64,000 bases of DNA from Fimbriimonadales bacterium (lineage in GTDB: Bacteria > Armatimonadota > Fimbriimonadia > Fimbriimonadales > ATM1): positions 1-64,000 of the forward strand of contig JAHCHL010000011.1 of the NCBI GenBank assembly GCA_026129745.1, written 5' to 3'. Below, piece after piece: positions 29,920 through 39,866 of this stretch (its first letter is position 1; every line of letters begins with the position of its first letter). The notes below the pieces were generated by a model that had not been told where the DNA came from, ran no database searches, and was given only the letters and a program-made list of their open reading frames with translations. The position numbers and the translations under genes were made by a program.

Positions 29920-30746
29920 TGACAAACATAGATCTTAATGCCGATTTTGAGTTGATCTTGAGCTTTACGCCATCACTTGGATCTTCCGGCATCTCGCGAA
30001 TTCTCGCGAGAAACGCGATCAGCGGCAGAACGCCGGAGCAGTTCTTGTCGCTGAACGAGTCGACACTCATTGAGGAGTACGCGCTGAAACCCAAAGCGGC
30101 GCAGTCATTGACAAACGGTGCAAAGGAACTCGAAGCCAAGGTGAAGCATTACAAGGATCGCGTCGCGGGGAAGCCTGTTCGCCTCGCAACAATTCAAGCG
30201 GCGTTGTATCCGACAAGAATCGAGTCATTTTGCGAGAACCCTCCTGCTTATGTCTTTTTGTACGGCAACTGCTCAGTACTCGACAACAAGACTTTCTGTG
30301 TGCTTGCAAGCCGGGACTCGGATCGGACCGCTGTAGATCGCGTCGAGCAAGAAGTCGAGCGCGGTGTGCTTGAGCCGAAAACGCTTGTCACCGGTGCCAA
30401 TACCGATGCCTACATGCGCGCTGCGGTCGTGCCGCTTCGTTGGGGCGCACCGAGAATTCTGGTTTTGGACCGCGGCTTGTTTTCTGCGCTTGGGGACGAC
30501 CTGGATCAAGAGCCTTTCCCTGCAGCAAGGCTGTGGCGTTACAAATTCGATCCCGTAACTGATCTCGTCGTGAGCCCCTTTCGCCCAGACGATCACTTTA
30601 TTGGAAGCAACAATCAGTTGCGGGACGAATTGGTGGTTGCGCTTTCTGACGATGTCGTCGTCGTTCGTGCGCGTCCTGGCGGAGTCATGGAGCGGCTCGC
30701 CGATCGAGCTGATCGAATTGGGAAAAGCGTTACGAAGATTGGATGA
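29916..30746 (+). CDS. Divergent DprA/Smf-like (DNA_processg_A Rossmann) protein
   Basis: [26 protein letters not shown] and [40 protein letters not shown] align with the DprA core motifs, but the Gly-rich loop is degenerate. Confidence 0.45.
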   Translation: MMTNIDLNADFELILSFTPSLGSSGISRILARNAISGRTPEQFLSLNESTLIEEYALKPKAAQSLTNGAKELEAKVKHYKDRVAGKPVRLATIQAALYPTRIESFCENPPAYVFLYGNCSVLDNKTFCVLASRDSDRTAVDRVEQEVERGVLEPKTLVTGANTDAYMRAAVVPLRWGAPRILVLDRGLFSALGDDLDQEPFPAARLWRYKFDPVTDLVVSPFRPDDHFIGSNNQLRDELVVALSDDVVVVRARPGGVMERLADRADRIGKSVTKIG

Positions 30747-31380
30747 AATCGCAGCATCGAGCGAATGCTGCATCGAACATCTCTTCCGTAAGCTTCCCCG
30801 TAAAGGTGTTTTGCTGGCTGGGGTGATACGACGCGATCAGTAAGCGGCCGTCGATGGTGGCTTCTGCCAAATGTTTGAATCTAGGCAATTTTGCATGCAA
30901 TGCCTTCGCGGATTGTTTCCATGCGATACCGCCAAGCGCAAGTAACGCTTTCCAAGGAGTGTTTTCAATCGTCTCAACAAGGAACGAACTGCAATGCTCT
31001 ATTTCAATCGGCGAAGGTTTGTTCTGTGGAGGCGCGCAATGGCATATGGCTGTGATCAGGCAATTGTTCAGTTGCAAACCATCATTCGCATCGACCGACG
31101 TCGCCTGATTTGCGAATCCAGCGCGATGCAGCGCGCGGTAAAGCCACTCACCGCTGCGGTCTCCGGTGAACATCCTGCCTGTTCGGTTGGCACCGTGGGC
31201 TGCGGGCGCAAGTCCAACGATGAGGAGCTCGGCCTCAGGGTCTCCGAAGTTGGGAACTGGGCGCCCATGGTAGTCGTTGTTCCGATAGGAAGCTCTTTTT
31301 TCCTTCGCTACTTGTTCGCAGTAGGTGCGTAGACGAGGGCACGCGCTGCAGGCCAACACCCTGCGGTTTAGAAGGGCCAT
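30730..31380 (-). CDS. Uracil-DNA glycosylase superfamily protein (family 4/5-like, GLAPA motif)
   Basis: [26 protein letters not shown] and HPS motifs are present. Start chosen at the internal Met (the ORF track extends to 31461). Confidence 0.7.
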   Translation of the reverse strand: MALLNRRVLACSACPRLRTYCEQVAKEKRASYRNNDYHGRPVPNFGDPEAELLIVGLAPAAHGANRTGRMFTGDRSGEWLYRALHRAGFANQATSVDANDGLQLNNCLITAICHCAPPQNKPSPIEIEHCSSFLVETIENTPWKALLALGGIAWKQSAKALHAKLPRFKHLAEATIDGRLLIASYHPSQQNTFTGKLTEEMFDAAFARCCDFIQSS

Positions 31381-31487
31381 CCAGGCTGTCGGAGTAGGAC
31401 TTTCGGGTGGGTTCAAGCTGGCCGGAAGGTATACTCCAAGATCGCGTTCGGATAGCCGCACCTTGCTCCCGGACGGACCGAATTTTT

Positions 31488-34400
31488 ATGAGAATTGACA
31501 AGTTTTTCAGAGATTTGTTCGACAAGAGCGGAGATGAGTGCAAACGTCTTTGGCCGACAGTCGAGAAGATCAATGCACTTGAGCCAACGTTTCAGGACCT
31601 AACACTCGAACAACTCGCTGCAAAGACTCCAGAGTTCAAAGAGCGACTTGGCAGAGGCGAGACGCTCGATGACATCCTTCCTGAAGCATTCGCAACAGTT
31701 CGCGAAGTAAGTAAGCGACTCTTGCATATGCGTCACTTCGATGTGCAGCTACTTGGCGGAATTATCTTGCACGAGGGCAAGATCGCTGAAATGAAAACGG
31801 GTGAGGGTAAGACGCTTGTTGCGACGTTGCCGCTATATCTCAATGCGCTTGCGGGGCGTGGATCGCATCTCGTTACTGTGAACGATTACCTCGCACGACG
31901 AGACGCTGTTTGGATGGGGCCGATTTATCATCACCTCGGCTTATCGGTTGGAATTATTCAAGGTCAATCTCCAGAATCGGACGAACTTGGTGGAAGTTAC
32001 TTGTATTTACCGGGAGCGCAACACCACGATCCGCGGTACGCCAATCTGGTTGAAGCATCGAGGCGCGATGCGTATATGGCCGACATTACTTACGGCACCA
32101 ACCACGAGTTTGGATTCGACTACTTGCGCGACAACATGGTGTTCCAACAAGATCAACTGGTAATGCGCGACCTGTATTACGCGATTGTCGACGAAGTCGA
32201 CAGCATTTTGGTCGACGAAGCGAGAACACCACATATCATATCTGGCGCAAGCAGCGAGGACGTATCGATTTACAATCGAATCAGCGAAGTGGTCAAGAAA
32301 CTTCGTCCAGGCGACCGAGAAGACAAAGAGGCGCATTACGCTGTCGATAAGAAAAACCACAACGCTTCGCTTACTGAGAAAGGTTACGACGAAGTTGAAC
32401 GGTTGCTGGGAATTGACAATTTGGCCGAACACCCCGACCTGATGCACTATGTCAATGCAGCAATCAAAGCGTATGGCCTTTTTGAAAAAGATGTGGAATA
32501 CGTCGTCAAAGACAACGAAGTTGTTCTTGTCGATGAAAACACGGGGCGCTTAATGTATGGAAGGCGGATGGGAGAAGGCCTGCATCAGGCTTTGGAAGCG
32601 AAAGAGGGTGTGCCTGTTCAAAGGGAGAGCCAGACCGTCGCAGTCATCACTTTCCAGAATCTGTTTCGACTGTACGAAAAACTGGGCGGCATGACTGGAA
32701 CGGCAAAGACGGAAGAAGACGAATTCGCAAAGATCTATGGCCTCGAAGTCGTTGTCGTTCCGACGCACCGAGAGATGATCAGAGTTGACCATCCCGACGT
32801 CGTTTTCAAAACTGAAGAAGCGAAGTTCCGGGCGATAGCCAGAGAGATACTTAGGCTTTACACAAAGCAGCAGCCAGTGCTCGTTGGTACGCGATCGATT
32901 GAAATGTCGGAGCGGGTTTCTGCTCGCCTAACGGCAGATAAGCTCCAATTGCTTGTGCTTGCTGAGCGCGTTCTGGACTTTTGTTCAAACGAGAAAGGCG
33001 CAGACAAGAAGACGAAAGCGGAGGCAATGGAGCTGATCAGTACGCCAATCAAAGATGCGAAAATGAAGGCGTTCCAAGAGGCAGCGCGCAAGTTGAATTT
33101 GCCGACTGACCCGCTTGGAGACGAGTTGAAGACATGGTTCTTGGATCACTTCAAGCTCGATAGCGCGTGCCTTCCCAATCTCGACGAAGCGCTAAGACAC
33201 GGAATTCCGCACAACGTTTTGAACGCAAAGTATCACGAGAAAGAGGCTCTCATCATTGCGGAAGCGGGCCGAAAAGGCCAAGTCACCATCGCGACAAACA
33301 TGGCGGGCCGTGGCGTGGATATCTTGCTGGGTGGACGCATCAAAACTCAAGAGGTCGATGCGGCAGAGAAAACGGACGTATCCTTTTCTTCAGAGACTTT
33401 TGCATCCCATCGCCGGGGCGGAAAGGAAAGAGCTGCTCCACCACTCCCACTCGACGACCAAGAACGTGCAGCACTCGCCGACGAAGTGCGCGCTTTGGGC
33501 GGACTGTTCATCTTAGGCACAGAGAGGCATGAAAGTCGACGAATCGATAACCAGCTAAGAGGAAGAGCTGGGCGGCAGGGCGACCCTGGCGAGAGCAGAT
33601 ACTTCGTTTCGCTGGAGGATCAGCTTTGGAAGATCTTCAATCCGAAGATGCTCGAGAACCCGTTGCTGCGTGCATGGCCAGATTTCGAGGAAGTCAACGC
33701 AAAGTTCCTAAGTTCGATGATCGAGAAGACGCAAAAGAGAATCGAACTGCACTTCTTCGAATATCGTAAGCATGTTCTCGAATATGACGACGTTCTGAAC
33801 GCTCAACGAGAACACATTTACAGCGATCGGCGAGAATACTTGCTCGGCAAACCGGCTCGACCGACGATAAAGCAGTACATTTCGGAAACGTTGGCTGAGA
33901 TCATCGACCTGTACGCGCCGGACGGAACCGAGCGGACGAAATGGGACTACGAAGGCATTTTCAGAGATGTCATGCGGATCTTCCCGGTCATGGACTACGG
34001 ATCTGCAGAAGACCTCAATCTAAAAGGCGGCGCAGAAGCGATCCAGAAGCAACTCGAAGAGTGGGCCGAACAGGCTTATCAAAAGCGAATCGAACAATTC
34101 GGTGAAGAGAATTTCGAGAATCTTGAGCGCATCTTGTTGTTGCAGGCGATTACACAGAAGTGGACTGAACACTTGCAGAGCATTGAGAGATTGCGCGAAG
34201 GCATCGGCCTACGTGGCTATGGCCAAGTCGATCCACTCATCGCATTCAGAAAAGAGTCGCATACGATCTTCGAAGAGACGTTGCGAGGAATTCGAGAATT
34301 CGTCGTGATGCACTTGTTCCACGCGGTGATTCAGCAGCAGCAACAGCAGCCATCAGGGCCACCGCCGCCAAAAATGCAGCGCGTCGAAGGTGAAGCCTTA

Positions 34401-34529
34401 GCTGCAGTCACTCAGCCAAACGGATCGAATGGCGCCCCTGATTTTACAAAGGCGAAGCGAAACGACCCGTGCCCCTGCGGAAGCGGCAAGAAGTTCAAAA
34501 ACTGCCACTATCGCGAAGTGTACTGCTAA
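31488..34529 (+). CDS. secA: Preprotein translocase ATPase SecA
   Basis: It has DEAD motor motifs and the C-terminal zinc finger CPCGSGKKFKNCH. ATG at 31488. Confidence 0.92.
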   Translation: MRIDKFFRDLFDKSGDECKRLWPTVEKINALEPTFQDLTLEQLAAKTPEFKERLGRGETLDDILPEAFATVREVSKRLLHMRHFDVQLLGGIILHEGKIAEMKTGEGKTLVATLPLYLNALAGRGSHLVTVNDYLARRDAVWMGPIYHHLGLSVGIIQGQSPESDELGGSYLYLPGAQHHDPRYANLVEASRRDAYMADITYGTNHEFGFDYLRDNMVFQQDQLVMRDLYYAIVDEVDSILVDEARTPHIISGASSEDVSIYNRISEVVKKLRPGDREDKEAHYAVDKKNHNASLTEKGYDEVERLLGIDNLAEHPDLMHYVNAAIKAYGLFEKDVEYVVKDNEVVLVDENTGRLMYGRRMGEGLHQALEAKEGVPVQRESQTVAVITFQNLFRLYEKLGGMTGTAKTEEDEFAKIYGLEVVVVPTHREMIRVDHPDVVFKTEEAKFRAIAREILRLYTKQQPVLVGTRSIEMSERVSARLTADKLQLLVLAERVLDFCSNEKGADKKTKAEAMELISTPIKDAKMKAFQEAARKLNLPTDPLGDELKTWFLDHFKLDSACLPNLDEALRHGIPHNVLNAKYHEKEALIIAEAGRKGQVTIATNMAGRGVDILLGGRIKTQEVDAAEKTDVSFSSETFASHRRGGKERAAPPLPLDDQERAALADEVRALGGLFILGTERHESRRIDNQLRGRAGRQGDPGESRYFVSLEDQLWKIFNPKMLENPLLRAWPDFEEVNAKFLSSMIEKTQKRIELHFFEYRKHVLEYDDVLNAQREHIYSDRREYLLGKPARPTIKQYISETLAEIIDLYAPDGTERTKWDYEGIFRDVMRIFPVMDYGSAEDLNLKGGAEAIQKQLEEWAEQAYQKRIEQFGEENFENLERILLLQAITQKWTEHLQSIERLREGIGLRGYGQVDPLIAFRKESHTIFEETLRGIREFVVMHLFHAVIQQQQQQPSGPPPPKMQRVEGEALAAVTQPNGSNGAPDFTKAKRNDPCPCGSGKKFKNCHYREVYC

Positions 34530-35244
34530 GCTTTCTCGCCTTCGCGGCAAAGTATGGTAGCGCCTGCGACCATTCCTGGGAGCATCAGAACAAACAGCAG
34601 CGGCACTAAGCTCACCAATCCGCAAGCGATGGCAAAGCCCTTTGCACGTTTGGGCTTCCAAACGCGACTGAACTCTGATGGAAACAGTACTCCGCGTCGG
34701 ATATATGCCGAGGCAGAGAAATCCAAAGTGCCAATCCAAGCCGCATAGATGGCGGGCGCAATCGGTCCAGTCCAAAAGAAGCATAAGCTAACCAAGAACA
34801 GCACACCAGAGAATGCGGCCCGCGTTAACGAATCCCAAATCAATCCGCCGCAACCGACCTTGACGTTTGGAGAAGTCCCATACAATGTCCGCTCGACTTC
34901 CAGGGACAATCTATCCCAAAGTAAGCTGCTGAACAGGCCTGAGATCGCCAGGTAGATCGGCAGTCCCAAAAATGACATTACGATCACAAGCCCTGCCCTG
35001 CCGAGCCACTTCATCGATTCTTCGATCCATACAGGCAGATCGAACATCCCGACTAAATACGGGATCAGCCAGAGCGAAACTGTTGCGACGATGGCGACAT
35101 AGCATGCAAGCGCGATCGCCATGGGCTTCCAAACGAAGCTCCACAGGCGCGGCGTTTTCAGAATCAGCAGGTTTCCCCGGACGAACTCTTGCATCGTTGA
35201 AGTCGATACGAGCCAATCGAGAAAAAGGGTGCGCGTGGGTATCA
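34526..35244 (-). CDS. EI24/CysZ-like (DUF540-like) multi-pass membrane protein
   Basis: About 6 TM helices. The chosen start avoids overlap with the ppa start codon at 35255. Confidence 0.4.
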
Positions 35245-35254
35245 TTGGTGCCAG

Positions 35255-35764
35255 ATGAATCTTAGCGAAGTCGGTATCGGCCCAAGTCCTCCACACGTCG
35301 TCAATACGATCATTGAAATCCCGAAGGGTGGTTCGAATAAGTACGAAGTCGACGAAAAATCCGGAATTGTGAAACTCGACAGAGTGCTGTATTCGCCGCT
35401 CTTTTACCCTTGCGATTACGGATACATTCCCAGCACCCTTTACTCCGATGGCGACCCACTCGATGCTCTCGTATTGATTTCGCACCCGACGTTTCCCGGA
35501 TGCGTTGTCGAAGCACGGCCGATTGGAGTTCTTGGAATGAGCGATGACAAGGGGCAAGACGACAAGATCCTGTGTGTTGCGATGAAGGATCCAAGGTTTG
35601 TGGAGATCCGTTCGATTTATGATCTCGCCGATCACACTAAGCGTGAAATCATGCACTTCTTCGAAGTCTATAAGCAGCTCGAAGAGAAGCCTGTGGATGT
35701 CATTGGCTGGGGAGATGAACTCAAGGCATTCGAGCTGATTGACGAGTTTCGAGTTCTGAAGTGA
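35255..35764 (+). CDS. ppa: Inorganic pyrophosphatase
   Basis: VVNTIIEIPKGGSNKYEVD and DGDPLDALVL motifs are present. Confidence 0.9.
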   Translation: MNLSEVGIGPSPPHVVNTIIEIPKGGSNKYEVDEKSGIVKLDRVLYSPLFYPCDYGYIPSTLYSDGDPLDALVLISHPTFPGCVVEARPIGVLGMSDDKGQDDKILCVAMKDPRFVEIRSIYDLADHTKREIMHFFEVYKQLEEKPVDVIGWGDELKAFELIDEFRVLK

Positions 35765-36237
35765 AGATGCTGAGCGTCGGGCAGCTTGAGTCTCTTGCGA
35801 TGAGAGCATTCTCGGAAAGCCCTTGGCACAGCCTGCTCTCCGCGCTCAAAGACATTACCGAAGAGACTTTCTTCTTTGTGCCGGAGAGGCATAGCGGATT
35901 CCCATGGATGAATGGCTCGATATGCGATATTGTCTATCACGTGACCGGGGACAAGATCGTGCAGTTGAGTGCGGCGTTCGACGGCGGAAATGAAACCTGG
36001 GATAGCCTAAAAACCAAGTTGTCGAAATCGGACATGGCCGCAATGGTGGAGGAACTGCATGGCGCATACGAATTGGAGCTGTCGAAATTGAAATCGCTGA
36101 ACGAGGATGAACTCGAACAAAAAGTCGCTACATGGGGCGGAAAGCGAATGAAGGCTTATGAGCTATTTTTGATGCTGATTGAACATGATCTGTATCACGC
36201 GGGTCAAATAAGATACATTCGAAATGTTATCGAGTAA
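35761..36237 (+). CDS. DinB_2/YfiT-family protein
   Basis: The C-terminal motif is DLYHAGQIRYIR. Confidence 0.6.
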   Translation: MKMLSVGQLESLAMRAFSESPWHSLLSALKDITEETFFFVPERHSGFPWMNGSICDIVYHVTGDKIVQLSAAFDGGNETWDSLKTKLSKSDMAAMVEELHGAYELELSKLKSLNEDELEQKVATWGGKRMKAYELFLMLIEHDLYHAGQIRYIRNVIE

Positions 36238-36826
36238 CGAGATCGAAGTCTATTTGCTCGCGTCTGGATTCAGTGAGAGGATGGGCGCGAGCAAGCCGAT
36301 GCTTCCATTTGGGGGAACAACAGTGCTTTGTCGGCTTGGGCAATCATTTCAGGAAGCAGGACTCGAGAAGATTCGCGTCATAGGCCGGCCAGACGATCAC
36401 GAGCTTGCTCGCGAGTCATTTCTTTTGGGCTATCGCTACATTATCAATTTGGAACCAGAACGCGGCATGAGCGGTTCTGTGCTTGAAGCGCTCGATGACT
36501 GCCGTTCTCCTTGGCTTGCGCTTTGTCCTTGTGACATGCCGCTGCTCACTTCGGAGACTATTGGCAAGTTGGCCCAGAGTCTTGACGATTTCCATGATGC
36601 GATTCAGCCAGTTTGTGCGGGCAGGCCTCGGCATCCCGTTTTTTTGCGACTTGGTGCGACTTTGCCGCTTCGCAGCACGATTGCTTCCGGCGGGACACTC
36701 CGAGACTTTCTCCGGACCGCCGGCCGCCGCATTATTGAAACGGGCAGCCCCGACGAGTACCTGGATATGGACACTCCGGAGGACTATGAGAGGCTCTTGG
36801 CGTTAGCTGGGTTTGGCAACAATTAG
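36224..36826 (+). CDS. MobA-like nucleotidyltransferase (NTP_transf_3)
   Basis: LASGFSERMGASKPMLPFGG is an N-terminal nucleotide-binding loop. Confidence 0.6.
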   Translation: MLSSNEIEVYLLASGFSERMGASKPMLPFGGTTVLCRLGQSFQEAGLEKIRVIGRPDDHELARESFLLGYRYIINLEPERGMSGSVLEALDDCRSPWLALCPCDMPLLTSETIGKLAQSLDDFHDAIQPVCAGRPRHPVFLRLGATLPLRSTIASGGTLRDFLRTAGRRIIETGSPDEYLDMDTPEDYERLLALAGFGNN

Positions 36827-36851
36827 CGGATTCATGTGTCAGAATTTGGGT

Positions 36852-37958
36852 ATGCGCCTCCCAATTCGCGAGCACCTGTTCTCGATGAGCGCTTACTCAA
36901 CTGGGAGGCCATTGGATGAAACTCTGCGTGCGCTTGGTGTGAGTCGTGTCGCTCGCCTCGCGAGCAACGAAAATCCGCTTGGTCCATCGCCAAAAGCCAT
37001 TGAGGCGATGAAGGATGCCGCTTCTGCAACCAACTACTATCCAGACGGAGGCGGAATCGCCCTGCGAGAAAAACTCGCGAAAAAGCTTGAACTGCCAATT
37101 GAGTCCATTGTCTTAGGCAATGGAAGCGATGACATCATCCATTACCTGTGCCTTGCATTGTTGGACGAAGGTGCAAGCATCGTTGTAGGCGATCCATCGT
37201 TTGTGCGATACGAAGCAGGCGCGCAGCTTCAAAAGGCTCAAGTTCAAAAAGTGGCACTCAATGATAGCGAGACGCATGACCTAAACGCAATGGCGCACGC
37301 AATTGACGAGACCACACGCTTGGTGTTTATCGCCAATCCGAATAACCCGACGGGAACTATCGTAAGAAGGGTCGAATTCGATGCATTTCTCGCCGATTTG
37401 CCACCGCATGTCGTCGTCGCACTCGACGAAGCTTACTTCGAGTTCGTAAGCGATCACGATTTTGCGAGCGCACGCGAGTACTTGGTGGAGGGTTATCCAG
37501 TCGTCGGTCTCCGGACTTTTAGCAAAGCTTATGGACTTGCCGGCATCAGGATAGGTTACGGTTTCATGCCGGCGGAGTTGTCAGATGCGATTGATCGAAT
37601 TCGCGAGCCATTCAACACAAATGCTCTTGCACACGCTGCAGCCATCGCCGCACTCAATGACATAGATCATTTGCGCAATACACTGGATACGAATCGCACA
37701 GCGATCAAGCGCATCAGCTCAATTCTAAATAGGTACGGAGCAACGACTACTGAAACTCATGCGAATTTCGTTTGGGCAAGATTCGACGAACCGACGGCGC
37801 CGATGGTCGATGCACTTGCCAAGCATGGTGTTTTCGTTAGAGGAGGAGCGATGTTCGGTCGGCCGAATTGCATAAGAGTATCGATGGGAACAGAAAACGA
37901 CCTTGACTTGCTCGAGAATGCAATGGCAACCGTGACTACTGGGGCGCAATCGAGATGA
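36852..37958 (+). CDS. hisC: Histidinol-phosphate aminotransferase
   Basis: LASNENPLGPSP and the PLP-lysine region SKAYGLAG are present. Confidence 0.85.
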   Translation: MRLPIREHLFSMSAYSTGRPLDETLRALGVSRVARLASNENPLGPSPKAIEAMKDAASATNYYPDGGGIALREKLAKKLELPIESIVLGNGSDDIIHYLCLALLDEGASIVVGDPSFVRYEAGAQLQKAQVQKVALNDSETHDLNAMAHAIDETTRLVFIANPNNPTGTIVRRVEFDAFLADLPPHVVVALDEAYFEFVSDHDFASAREYLVEGYPVVGLRTFSKAYGLAGIRIGYGFMPAELSDAIDRIREPFNTNALAHAAAIAALNDIDHLRNTLDTNRTAIKRISSILNRYGATTTETHANFVWARFDEPTAPMVDALAKHGVFVRGGAMFGRPNCIRVSMGTENDLDLLENAMATVTTGAQSR

Positions 37959-38992
37959 TCGTTCTATTGAAACCTGGTGCGCCGCGCGAAGAGATCGAAC
38001 GATTGCGTGCATCGCTACTAACGGCGGGTTGTGACGTGCGCGAGATCGAGACCAGCGGAGCGTGCGCTTTGCTTGCTGAACGGTACTGGGAGGATCCTCC
38101 GACAGATCTCATCAGCCAACTGAGCGCTTCTGAGCATGTTGAGAGAGTGATTCACGCAGGCAAGCCATTCAAATTGGTTTCGCTCGAGATCAAAGGGCAG
38201 CGAACACAAGTCAAGTTTGGAAAGTCGACCATTGGTGACGGCAGCATCGCACTCATCGCAGGCCCTTGCACGATTGCAGACTATGAATCGCTTGCTGAAA
38301 CAGCAGATGCTGCGAAAGAATCAGGTGCAATCGGACTCCGAGGGGGGGCGTACAAGCCAGCAACATCTCCTTATTCGTTCCAAGGATTTGGCAAGGATGC
38401 GCTTCGGACCTTGCGACGAGTTGCGGACGAAACGGGTTTGGCCGTAGTAACGGAAGCAATGGATCCAAGACGAGTCGAAATCGTTGCAGAGCTCGCAGAT
38501 ATGATTCAGATTGGTGCAAGGAATATGCAAAATTTCGACTTGTTGCGTGAAGTCGGCAAGCAGCCGAAACCGGTATTGCTGAAGCGCGCGATGTCAGCGA
38601 CGGTCGATGAGTGGCTTTGTGCAGCCGAATACATTGCGCGAGAAGGCAATGAGGCGATCGTTCTATGTGAGCGAGGAATCAGGACATTCGAAAGGTCCAC
38701 ACGCAATACGCTCGATGTCAGCTCGATCGCAGTCGCAAGAACGCTGACGCACCTTCCGATCATTGCAGACCCCAGTCATTCAGCAGGCTATCGACGCTTT
38801 GTCAAACCGCTCGCACTGGCTGCAGTCGCTGCGGGGGCGGATGGCCTAATTGTCGAAGTGCATCCTCGGCCGGAGCAGGCGATCAAGGACGGCACACAGA
38901 CTGTTTCAACCGACGAGTTTCGTGGAATCGCGGACGCGGCTCGCAGGGTCGCGGCTGCAATTGGGCCGCACGAAGACGCTTTTGTCATGTAG
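37955..38992 (+). CDS. aroF: DAHP synthase class I-beta with N-terminal regulatory (ferredoxin-like) domain
   Basis: IAGPCTIADYESL..GGAYKP..SPYSFQG is present. It is a Thermotoga-type fusion. Confidence 0.85.
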   Translation: MIVLLKPGAPREEIERLRASLLTAGCDVREIETSGACALLAERYWEDPPTDLISQLSASEHVERVIHAGKPFKLVSLEIKGQRTQVKFGKSTIGDGSIALIAGPCTIADYESLAETADAAKESGAIGLRGGAYKPATSPYSFQGFGKDALRTLRRVADETGLAVVTEAMDPRRVEIVAELADMIQIGARNMQNFDLLREVGKQPKPVLLKRAMSATVDEWLCAAEYIAREGNEAIVLCERGIRTFERSTRNTLDVSSIAVARTLTHLPIIADPSHSAGYRRFVKPLALAAVAAGADGLIVEVHPRPEQAIKDGTQTVSTDEFRGIADAARRVAAAIGPHEDAFVM

Positions 38993-38996
38993 GGGG

Positions 38997-39073
38997 TGGT
39001 AGCGGAGGTCGGACTCGAACCGACGACCCTGCGGGTATGAACCGCATGCTCTAACCAGCTGAGCTACTCCGCC
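38997..39073 (-). tRNA. tRNA-Met (anticodon CAT; could alternatively be the k2C-modified Ile2 species)
   Basis: The reverse complement folds as ggcggagtagctcagctggttagagcatgcggttCATacccgcagggtcgtcggttcgagtccgacctccgctacca. It has a G1-C72 pair (not an initiator) and an encoded CCA. Confidence 0.85.
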
Positions 39074-39088
39074 GTGAAGAGCGCTATT

Positions 39089-39787
39089 TTACCCGCCCGG
39101 TTGATCGCCGACCTCGAATGAAGCGAGAGGTTCGTTCGCGGTAGCCTGAATGTCGACCATCCCTGAATTGTTCGGCAAAAAGATCCGCTTGATGAGTTTT
39201 GTCCGTTCACTGATGAGCACAGAATATCCGTCAGGATCGGCAATGTGAATGAAAGTTTCACCCGCAAGTTCCAATTCCTTTTCCAGTTGCGGCGCTTTCA
39301 TGCGATCAAAGAGACTTTGATTTAGGAACTCGCCTTGAAACAGCAAAGATGGCACAAGTATCGATGCGTATGCGGAAGGCTCCTTGATCGATTCAAGAGC
39401 CTCGAAGATGGAAGACTCTTTCTTTCCCGAGTTCATGAAGGATGTTGCATACACTTTTCCGTCATTGGCCCAAACTCGGCTGACCGTAGTGCCGGAACCA
39501 TAGGGATCTTGAGAGCTAACTTCGAACAGAAACCTGCCGTCGGTTGCATAAAGTGTCTTGCCAAATGCTTGCCTTGGCATCATATTGCGTCCGCTCGATG
39601 CGATCAGTATTTCATCCTGATATGTTTCGAGCGATCGATACGCTGCTGCGGACTCTTCAAGAATGGCAATTGCTCTCGGGTCTGCAGCCATGTTAGGACG
39701 CGGATCAGTCGGTTTGTCGTGGGTCTCCTGATGGCCCTTTGAGCAACCGAGAACCACAAGGGCAGTGGCGAGGACTGCGTATCTCAC
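39089..39787 (-). CDS. LolA-like lipoprotein (third paralogue of the 8095/8911 family)
   Basis: It has the lipobox VLGC and an ANDGKVYATSF motif. Confidence 0.45.
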   Translation of the reverse strand: MRYAVLATALVVLGCSKGHQETHDKPTDPRPNMAADPRAIAILEESAAAYRSLETYQDEILIASSGRNMMPRQAFGKTLYATDGRFLFEVSSQDPYGSGTTVSRVWANDGKVYATSFMNSGKKESSIFEALESIKEPSAYASILVPSLLFQGEFLNQSLFDRMKAPQLEKELELAGETFIHIADPDGYSVLISERTKLIKRIFLPNNSGMVDIQATANEPLASFEVGDQPGG

Positions 39788-39866
39788 GGCCCATCTTACT
39801 CAGGCCCTAACCCTTGGGCGGCAAGCCGCCGAGAATTACCCTTGAACACTCAGTGGAGGTGTTGCT

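Noticed and set aside
39788-39866. Sigma-28 type flagellar promoter upstream of fliK
   Set aside because: GCCGAGAAT only loosely resembles the -10 GCCGATAA, and no TAAA -35 is present at the right spacing.
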